From Paraspadella gotoi (lineage: Eukaryota > Animalia > Chaetognatha): a DNA stretch of 64,000 nt. Below are positions 51,281-61,039 of this stretch, one piece after another. Numbering within the stretch: position 1 is the first letter of the stretch; each line of letters opens with the position of its first letter. The translations under genes were made by a program, and so were the position numbers. A model generated the notes under the pieces. That model was not told the DNA's origin. It ran no database searches and saw only the letters and a list, made by a program, of their open reading frames with translations. The stretch spans positions 3,035,256 to 3,099,255 of the forward strand of contig CM119265.1 of NCBI GenBank assembly GCA_051294375.1, written 5' to 3'.

Positions 51281-51886
51281 CTAATTGATTATGCTTCTTT
51301 TTTTTATATTAAATGGAAATGCAAGAAATATTAATTAATCAAATAATTATTCAGTTAATTAATCAATTAATTAATCAATAGTTAATTAATCAATCAATAT
51401 ATTATTTAATAAATCAATTTATTTATCTATTGAATAAGTATTTAATAAATCAATTCATTTATCAATTAATTAATTATTTAATCAATCAATCAATCAAGTA
51501 AGTCAATCGTTATCAGCATTATTGTCATCGTCGCCATCATCGTCATCGTTGCTTTTGTTGTGATCAGTGACGAAAAGATCTAAAAACAAACAGTTTGGAT
51601 CAAATTAATTAATTAATTAGGCAATTAATTAATTAATTAATTAATTGCCTAATGATCGTGGGCAGATCCGACATTGTTTGCTCAAACTTGTTTTTCTCTC
51701 TTTTTTTCAGCAAAAACTAACAAAATAACAAAGGAATTAATTTATTCTCATTATTTTTCTGCTGGTATGTCAATACCCCCCTCCAAAAAAAAAAAACAAC
51801 ATCAATTAATCACATTTAATCTTGTCAGAAAGACGACTCTGATAAACCACAAAAAACAAAACAAAACAGAACAAAACAAACATCGT

Positions 51887-51917
<31 letters not shown>

Positions 51918-54092
51918 TTTGAGATCCAGGATCATAGGATCAAAGGCGCCGACAGATGGAATTGGCGGCGTCGGCGTCTCGAAGGTGAGGACCGGAAGCA
52001 GGGCGTGGTCGGTGGAGGAGGGTAAGGGGTAGAGGTGGGTGGAGAGTGGCGAGACCGACTATGGAACAAATATTGTTTTCAACAAATGTATTATATAAAC
52101 TATAAAGTGCCCCCCAAAATAAAATGAAAATGGATTAAAGTATCAATATTATCGAGCTCTCAACATAAAACGGAAAAATTAGTATCAATATTAAAAGTTC
52201 CTACAATATTGAGCAGTTGTTTCATATTTCTTTTATACTATTATATACTTTTAATTCTTTACAATGGCTTATAATATAATACATATGATATATAATTACA
52301 TATTATATATACATAGTTTTAGTCTCTCAAATCGCCGCCGTCGTCGTCGTCGCAATGGAACCTTATTTGTTTGTTTGTTTGTTTGTGTTTAAAAGGAAAA
52401 AAATCGATGTGGGAGAATAAAGAAGATCAAATCACGCTGACTTGTAAAAAAAGACAAGATTTAGAAAAAAATTCGTGACTAATATCAAAAAAATTTTTTT
52501 TTGTGAGAAGAATTTCCGTAGGAAGAATTAACCAATATTTTGTTAAATATTGATTTTACTATCGACTCCCATCCCTTACCAATAAAGTAAAGAATTCAGA
52601 TCGGCCGTCGGAAACTTAGTTTTCACATGTTCCACTACTACATTTTCTGGATTTGTGTGTCTCCAAATAAACGTTTTTCAGAATTTATTCGTCATTTATT
52701 GCTGCTTTCAAGATTTAGTGAGCCTACGTTAAAACATATTCTCCGGACGGCTGACGCCTCGAACGCTTGACCTAGCGGGCTTAGAAAACAAAGATTTTTT
52801 ACTCACCTCTTATTTTCACTGTCATTCCTCAATTTGCTGTATGAGAGCATGCCCAGATTAATGCAGGCAGTAGTCAATGCCGAGGAAGGGTATACCAAAT
52901 ATTGAGAATATTTTACCAATGTTTTATATACTTTTTATTGTATAAATGAATTATGTGATATACTTTTTTCCTAGATAGTATATTAAATCCATAGTAAGGT
53001 GGACAGCATAACATTTTATTCAACCTCGCTCCTCCAAAGAGCCAGCGTGGTCGCAGCCTCCGTTGCGGCAAAGGCAAAGGTTTTCGTCGGAGGCGGAACC
53101 CGGGCTGTGATGGGGTGGATGATGGGGTTGATGGGGTGGATGAGTTGATGGAGAGAATGCGAATGAAGACGGAGATTGGAGATGGATGTGGAATGGAGAG
53201 AAGGGTTGAGTTGGTTAGTTTCAATGACTCAATTCTTTGTGACTAGGGTTGCAAAAAGTTTATATGTTTATGAAATTTCAAATTTCAAATTTCAAATTTC
53301 AAATTTCAAATATGAGGGTCGAAATATGAGGGTCGAAATAAATAATCAAGTTGCCTATTCTGAATTTAAAACGGCGCTGTCAATACGGGTGTCAAAGATC
53401 ACAATTTTTCTATTAAAGGATGTGAACCATCTAGCATTTTCATACTTCATAGTTTTGAAATAAAAAAAAATGTCGATTGAAGTCCGTAATCCTGCCGCAG
53501 ACCGAACACCTGCTCAGCGATTTTCAGTTGAAGATCAGGGGATTTATTACGAGGCAGAGAAAAAACAACCTAAACTGACCTACTCCAGAGGTGAGGCAAT
53601 CTTCCAACTTACCTTACAAGCTGAAAATAACCTTCCTAGTTCAATGTTTTCAATGACATTAGAAAACCTCATTTTTCCCAGATACTTGTCAACAGACGCT
53701 AAAGATATTTTTGGTATTCTTAATGAACGTTTTTATCGGACTAATTTTTTGGCAATTAATCAAAGCGGAATTTAAACAAGGTGAGGCAAGACGTTCAGTC
53801 AATAAAATCTATCAACAATGACACTGATAACAACGATGAACGCTAATAACCAGGACGACATTAACAAAAATTATAACGAGTATAATAACAAAGATGTCTG
53901 TAACAACGACCACAATAACAAATACAATCACGACGTTGAGTTGGAGTTATGTTATGTCATTCACAATTAGGTTGAGTTTTATCATAGATCGCGTCATCAG
54001 AAAAAGCGTAATAACAAGAAATAATAATTACTTCTGATTAGCGATTATTGTTTTCATTTTTTTTTTTAAATTAAAAAAGAAATAATGATGTT

Positions 54093-54320
54093 ATGGCAAC
54101 AGCCGGGTTGCCTGTGACGCCCATTGGGATGGGGCATCTGATTGTTGGCTTTGGGGGGGTCCGTCTCTCAGTGACGACTCCAGTCACTGGCGCGGTTACC
54201 CTAGGACGGTCTCGCTTTGCCAAGGCAGAGGGAAGTCGTTAGTACTGTAGACTGAACGCAATGCCAATGGTATTTGCCGAACGATGGTGGACGTGAGGCG
54301 GTGTGAATATACCGCCACAG
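54093..54320 (+). mobile_element. Structured dispersed element family B, copy 1
   Basis: Starts ATGGCAACAGCCGGGTTGCCTGTGA and ends GAGGCGGT-loop-ACCGCCACA. Alignable to 55655-55916, 48716-48929 (-) and 44075-44303. Confidence 0.75.
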
Positions 54321-54520
54321 TGTATTAAAAGTGGCTACTTTTTTTTCGCCGTAATTTACTATAAAAAACGAATGTGCAACGGACAGAAAGATAAATAGAC
54401 CGGTCGACCGACCGATCCAAAAGTGACTTATTGAGTTGCTCCGCGAGTAATAGCGGCGCCTCTAAAAATAACTGTGTGGCCGCGACGCCTCGAATTCTGA
54501 ATCCGCACCTCGATCACTTT

Positions 54521-54744
54521 ATGGTGGACTAAAATCCACCAACCGTTCATCAGCGGCCATTGCTGCCGGAGCCAAGTCATTCGTCTCCCAACCCAATGGT
54601 CCGGGGTTCTAGCCCGGTGGTCGCCTAGCAGTTAAGAGGGACGGGACGCTTAACCCGCCTGTAACACGGTGTTACAGCCTGATCCAACTGCTTATATTGA
54701 ACGGTTCTGTCACTGACATATAACATTAATTACTGTCTCTTCAA
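54521..54744 (+). mobile_element. Family A element with terminal hairpin and internal tRNA-like (Gly-CCC-like) module, copy 1
   Basis: ATGGTGGACTAAAATCCACCA hairpin, then 54553-54624 GCGGCCA...TGGTCGC acceptor stem with B box GGTTCTAGCCC, then a tail ending CTGTCTCTTCAA. Confidence 0.75.
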
Positions 54745-54887
54745 CTTGAGTTGATGCGCATGCGCCTGATCATTGATCACGTCTTCCCGGCTTGAAAGGC
54801 TTCAAGGGCTTCGGTCGTATCCCCTTGGTTGGATCTCAGCGCTAACTTCTCAACCTGTCAACCTGTCAACATTGTCATTATGTCATA

Positions 54888-55114
54888 ATGATGGACTAAA
54901 ATCCACCAACCGTTCATCAGTGGCCATTGGTGCAGGAGGCAAGTCATTCGCCTCCCAATCCTAAGGTTTTCGGTTTTAGCCAGGAGGCCGCCTTGCAGTT
55001 AAGAGGGACGGGTTTTTTAACTCGCCTGTAACATGGTGTTAAGCCCTGATCCGTATCTCGGGGACTTCTTATATTTAACGGTTCTTTCACTAACTAACAA
55101 CAATGTCTCTTCAA
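54888..55114 (+). mobile_element. Family A, copy 2
   Basis: Colinear with 54521-54744, with A-box-like TGGTGCAGGAGG. Confidence 0.75.
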
Positions 55115-55353
55115 AATTCGCCAATGTTTTACCAACTGTATGACATACAACGTCTGTCGTTGTCTTTCACAACAGAGTCTTTTTCCAAAAAATTGAGCCA
55201 AATAGAAGAAAAAATCACTGAAGTCACGAATAAACAAGTTATGACATACATAATTTGCATCCGATTTGTTAAATGTTTAATGGGATAGACTTCAAGTCTC
55301 TTAAATTGAATCTTCCTTGTTAAATGTTAAAGGAGAATGACTTTAAATTACAG

Positions 55354-56919
55354 ATGTTTTGTCGGCCAAATTGGGACATATCAAATCTAAAGAAACATTA
55401 GGTCGGTCACTATTTTAAGTTATTAACAAATATTTTATCTTGTGATGTTACTTTTAATTTTTCCTGATTTCAAGGTTTTCTCAAAATGTTCAACGGTCTT
55501 CAGACATTAAATGATCCGCCTCTCAAAGATTGGATTTTTTTTCAATATCACAATTTTACAAGTAAAACAACTTTGTTTGAAGAAGGAAACTGGCAAAATT
55601 ACAAAGAAGGGTTCGGAAGTTTAGACTTGGGCTCAAGGTAATAAAGTATGACGTATGGCAACAGCCGGGTTGCCTGTGATGCCGATTGGAACGGGGCATG
55701 TCAGTGATGGCTTTAGGGGCTTCCGACCCTCAGTGACGCCGCCAATGCCTCCATGCATTGGCGCGGTTACCCTAGGACTGTCTCCTTTGCCAACACAGAG
55801 GGAAATCGTTAGGACTGTGGATGTAACGCAACGCCTGGGACGGTGCGTTCCCCCTCTGAGCCAATGGTATAGGCTGAACGATGGTGGAAGTGAGGCAGTG
55901 TGAATATACTGCCACAACGTATGATTTTCAAAACATTATAGCCATTGTATTCGAACTTTCTTTTTTGTTGTTTGTGTAAAGTTTAGAAGTAAAACAAAAA
56001 TTTCGTCACAACAACAAGTGAATTTATTTACATGCGGGCATGTTTGGACTCTTTATTTTGCGAGTCTTCATCGGCAATTGCTTATTATGTCTATGACGAA
56101 ATTTTCGTTTTACTTCTAAACATCATTTAAGTAAGTAGACAGGGATTTCATTTCTTCATTTCATTTCTTGAGATTGATTCCTCTGCGATGACATTATAGC
56201 CATATATATTATCTAATTATTTAAAATATGTACTTTTGTTGAGTAAATAAAGCAAACAAAAACGTATAGAAATCGGTACAATCATCAATAATTCATCATG
56301 ATACGATAATATAATGATGGTACAACCGTAGAACAAGCAAAAAAAATCTTATTATGAAGACTGGATAGATTGTCTAATGTCTAATGTCTAATGTCTATGG
56401 ACCAAAATTTGACTGCGAAGCGACGTTGAATAATTACTTTATATCACGTTTGTGTACAGCGATGCCTTTTGGCTGGGACTTCAACAGCTTCGCCATTTAA
56501 CGTCAATTGGAAAGTGGAAACTGCTCATCGCCGTCAAATACGACAAACACTCTGACGGACGTGTGGATGGTCGACGAGGAACTTGGGGTTGGGGAATTTG
56601 GGAAGAGTTTAGCATCGGGGAAGATAGATATCAATTGAGAGTCGGGAAGAGGGTGAACAAGTTTAATATGGGATACTTTGATCCTCTTCAATTTCACAAT
56701 GAAGAGTATTTCTCAACGAGAGATAACGACAATGACAGACATTATTCGTCTTGTTCAAATGAAAATAAAGGGGGCTGGTGGTTCTATGGGTGCTACTATG
56801 CGTGCCTCAATTGTGGAATAAATACTGAAACACGATACGTTTGGGAGGACGTCTTAGAGTTTTCAGAGACAGATTATTGCATTTTGGCTGAATCTCTCAT
56901 GGCGATAAGCCAAGCGTAA
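55354..56919 (+). CDS. Fibrinogen-related domain (FReD; ficolin/angiopoietin-like) protein, 5' end unresolved (exons 55354-55401, 55475-55637, 56460-56919)
   Basis: WIFFQ..., NWQNYKEGFGSL, DAFWLGLQQLRHLTS, YQLRVG, FSTRDNDND..CS...GGWWF..CYYACLN. Confidence 0.88.
55655..55916 (+). mobile_element. Family B, copy 2 (in an intron of the fibrinogen-domain gene)
   Basis: The first ~25 nt are identical to copy 1. It shares GGCGCGGTTACCCTAGGAC and has the terminal hairpin GGCAGT/ACTGCC. Confidence 0.75.
55981..56121. mobile_element. MITE-like element with ~28-bp terminal inverted repeats
   Basis: GTTTAGAAGTAAAACAAAAATTTCGTCA ... TGACGAAATTTTCGTTTTACTTCTAAAC, one mismatch. Confidence 0.7.
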
Positions 56920-57287
56920 ATTGTTCTTCCTTTACAAATGTGATTGTAAATTGTTTAGTGCCTCATTCATAATTTCTTGAAACATATAAGAACTTAATTT
57001 TAAGAAAATTATAGCCCGATCTGCTTACAGCAAATTTCGACTCTATAATCCACTTTGTCGGTCCGTCGGTTAATATGAATCATTATTATAAATTATTATA
57101 AATTACATAAAAATTGGATGTTAATCTGCCCATCCGTCCGTCTGTCCATCCATCTCCCCTTAGCTTTGAACACAATTGACAACCTTCAGGATATTTTAAT
57201 TGTTCCGCGGACTTTGTTGAAAATTAAGAAAAGATTTTCCGTTTGTAAGTTAGAGATAAAGTGAAAAAGACACAGTCGTAGTTTTTT

Positions 57288-57395
57288 CTCTACAGCCCTT
57301 CCAGAACCCTCCCATCTCTACAGCCCTTCCAGAACCCTCCCATCTCTACAGCCCTTCCAGAACCCTCCCATCTCTACAGCCCTTCCAAAACCCTC
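57288..57395. repeat. 28-bp tandem minisatellite, ~4 copies
   Basis: CTCTACAGCCCTTCCAGAACCCTCCCAT repeated. Confidence 0.9.
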
Positions 57396-57690
57396 CCTTT
57401 TTTTCCGACAAAGCTTCTGACAATAAAATCTGAAACTTTTTCAAATAAAAAAAAAGTTCCAATCGAGTTAAATAAAAATTTGTATCGAATGGAAAGAACA
57501 AAGTGAGTGACAAAAATAATGAACGAATCACATGTGAACGAATCACATGTGAACCTTCAAATCCACGTAAAAAATAAGTTTCGTTTTTTGTTCTCGAAAA
57601 ACCGAGAGAAAACAAAAGGGTAAAAATCGGGGGCTGGAGATCGATTGGGGGATTTGTCTGAGCGGGGATTGACGGGGATCGCTCTCGAAA

Positions 57691-58830
57691 TCATGTCATC
57701 AAACAAAGCAGAAGCCGTCGACGCATTCCGTTCCACGCCGACGCCGCCAGCGCCGCCAGCGTCGAGACAGCGCCTGGTAGAATCGACGCCGCTCCGGCTT
57801 TCGTGGCGGCGGGCGGCGGCGGCGTCCATTCTGCGCCGTCCTTGACGCACTCGGCCTTGTGGACTTCTTTGTTCTGTTTTGGCCAGGCCTTGCATTTGGC
57901 GCAGTTCTCCCAGCAGAGACCCTTTTTGAACTTTTTTCCTTGAGTGGTGGAAAAGGAAAAGGGGGGGAGGGAACGTAACCCTGAAGACGCAAGAAAACTC
58001 CCTCCCTATCCCTCTTATTTTGTATATAACGACGTTACTATAGCTTAGACCTATTAGACTTTCCTTATTTATCTCAGTACCCGATAAGAGACTAGTCCGA
58101 ACTTACCTTTACCCTGTACCCTTTACCCAGACCCTGTATCATTTTTCTTACCAAGCGCATTATTATACTTTATTTTACAGCCTTACTTTACTTTGCCATA
58201 CTATACTTGGCCTCACTTTACATGGCTATACTTTACTTTTCCTTACTTTACTTGGCCTTACTTTACTTGGCCTTGACTTTACTTCACTTTACCTCACCTT
58301 TCCTAACCTTATTTCCTATCACCCGACACTTTTCCCTCTGTCTCTGAGTCTCTAATATCTTACTTTTGACTAATATCCTTACTTTTGACTTTTCTTTTCA
58401 GCCTTACCTTTCATTTTCCCTTCCATCTTGCAACACATCGTGAAATTTCTTTTCGCGTCCTCGGGATCCTTCGGGTCGTTGTCCGCCCCCTTTCGTGTCA
58501 GACCACAATATTTATTAAATTAAATTTTAAATATGTCATACTCCAATTTTGAAAACCTTCAATTCTTATTCTTAGGACAATAATTTTGCATCGATCGGCA
58601 GAATTACATTCATAGCCCAATCTACTCAGTTACTCATTCACGGTACTCAGCGACGCCAGGACCTTGCAGAAGCTGTTGGTCCTGCAATTGTTGACTTCTT
58701 CCTCGGCCTCGGGATCGTCTTGATTGTCTTCTTCCTCGTTGGAGCCGCTTCCTGCAGCTAACGACGGCGTCGCCACCAACGCCAACGCCAAAGACGCCAA
58801 CAGCAACCAACGTGCGGTTCGCGACGTCAT
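57691..58830 (-). CDS. Small secreted or GPI-anchored 8-cysteine protein, 3 exons (58830-~58634, ~58502-58408, 57938-57691)
   Basis: Signal peptide MTSRTARWLLLASLALALVATPSLAAG, acidic linker, NNCRTNSFCK / NFTMCCKMEG / GLCWENCAKCK..AECVK, Pro hinge and hydrophobic tail. The exon 2 acceptor lacks AG in this assembly. Confidence 0.6.
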
Positions 58831-61039
58831 TGGCTCCCGATTGTGATTGGGCCAAGAGTCGAGGCTTCCGATGGAATCTACCGTCTACTTTTCTTTATTC
58901 TTCATCAGTGTAGTTTCTTCGTCCTTTTATCATTTTTCTATCATTTTCTCTTTATTTTCTTTGTGTTTTCTGATCTCTATTCGCTTTCAAGTTTTCTATA
59001 CTTTCTCTCTTATTTTCTTTTTCTCTTATCTTTATTTTTAAACCAGCAGTCGACGGGTAAAGTAAGATTCTTAGTTGAACACAAGTTGAGATTTCGCCTA
59101 AACAATGATTTTAATTGAAACGAATAACGATAATGATAATCAGATGCAAGGAATTTTTTTTTTTTTTTGAATCCGGAACAGACTAATGATAGGTTGCTGA
59201 GTTAACTCTATAGAACTACGTTTAAAGGTCTAATATCTGAGTTTGCTTGTTTAGCCCTTAAATTTAAATATAATTTATTATTTAAAAAGGCAACTCGATA
59301 GTATTTAAACTATCAATCGATCATTGCAGGTCAATTTGACCTTTTTGTCGTTGCTCTTTTATAAAACTTACGCCATCTAACGTGGTTTTCATACTGTTGT
59401 CCTTTTGTTCGTTTTTCCTCCACTTTCTCCCTTTCTTTCCTTTTCATCTTCCTCCTCCTCCTCATCCTCTTCCTCCTCCTCCTTCTCTTCCTCCTCGATG
59501 CTCCAGTCGCACGCGAGTCATGAATTGCGACGCGGTTGCAACTGTTCGCCGCCAATGTCGTCGTCATGCGCCCTATCTTTAAAGTTCGCAACGTGACATC
59601 ATCGCCGTTTCTGTTACACGAGTCGGTGTTATAACTTAAACCGTAGAGCGAAAAAAATCGTAGAAAGTCGTCGTCATTTGAGTTTTCAATGGAAACGAAC
59701 CAAAAAAAAATCTTGATAAATATCGATTCAATTTTAAAGTAAAATAATTGTCATTATTCTAAAACCTTACGCGCTTCCTTAAAATTGTGAACGTCGACAA
59801 CAAGGGTAAATCTATGCCGACAACAGTGCATTGTTGTCGGCAGTGCTGACAACAACCAACAGCAAACAAGGTTATCAATGAGGTAATCAACAGAAAATTT
59901 CGATTGAAAATGGATGAATCGACCTTTTACCCGGCAAAATGGTGACAGGTAAATGTCTTGTCTGTAAGAGATTGTCTGTAAGAGATTGTCTGTAAGAGAT
60001 TGTCGTCGTCGTCGTCGTCGTCTTCGTCATCGTCGTCGTACTCGTAGTCGTCATCTCAGTTTTTTATTGTAAATTATTCAGCAGAAGAATAAAATAAGTG
60101 GTAATTATCATGATAAATGTCATAATATCATAATGTATAAAAAATCTCCGTTTTTAAGTTCTTGCTGCACTGAATTCGTCGTGGAGTGACGTTTATGAAA
60201 TCGGTACAACCAATATAAAAATTATTCATTCATTTAATAAATAACCTATCTTGCCCCTGACTTTGGACAAGCCTTAATGGCCTCCATCACTCTTACAAGA
60301 TAATGACATAGCAGGTCCCTGCAAGCTTTTAATCAAGATTATCTCACAGTATTATGTAATTGTTGCCGTTTGCAGTGGTCTGAGATAGCTAAATAAATCT
60401 AAGTACTTGAGACAAAACACCGATAAATCATAGTACAAAAAAGGTCACGTCTAAACTTTAAATTCGAGTAATCAACATTTTTTAATTGTTTAAATTTTTT
60501 TTTAAGATAAACGCACCGGCCGCCGAGTTTAAATCTCAAAGTCCATAATTACAAAGTCTAAGTTTTCTTTTTTTTTTTAACTTCAGTCTATACGGCCCCG
60601 ATATTGATAAGGATCTTTGCGGGGTTGAAATAGTTAATCAAATTAATAAATTTGGTAAAAAAATACCAAATAAGTGTTTTATATATAAAAATACATACTG
60701 TCATGAAGTTTTCATAAATTACGTGAATCATTGAAGCACAAATTTTCTAAAATTTAAAAGACAAAAGTATTTAGAAATAGATTAATGAAAAATTACATTA
60801 TCCTGACAAAATTCAGCGCCGAGTGTTCAAAAAAAGACCGTAAAATTTGTGAAATTCACAAAAAACCGAGATTCATCCGACACAGACTTTCGTTTACAGG
60901 TTTTTAAACGTGCGCTTGAATTAAGAAGTAAAAACTGAACTCTAAAAATAAAAACAACGCAAAAAACTTCGCTCGAAGGTTTTCCATTCAAAAAACGTAA
61001 ATAAACAAACAAACAAAAATCTATAAGTCATTAAAAAGA

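Noticed and set aside
51829-53110. GC-rich patches (51886-51984 with a gtgagg donor, 52330-52355, 53025-53110) as a gene
   Set aside because: I could not assemble a consistent start-to-stop exon chain. The poly-Val/Ser reading comes from a (GTC)n repeat.
54553-54624. Functional tRNA-Gly gene
   Set aside because: The anticodon stem pairs poorly, the D and T loops deviate from consensus, and it is embedded in a multi-copy element.
55103-55288. ORF MSLQNSP... as the start of the FReD gene
   Set aside because: Its ATG lies inside the end of a family A repeat, it has no signal peptide, and its donor phase does not match the next exon.
57288-57395. 28-bp direct repeats as a CRISPR array
   Set aside because: The repeats are head-to-tail with no spacers, the context is eukaryotic and there are no cas genes.
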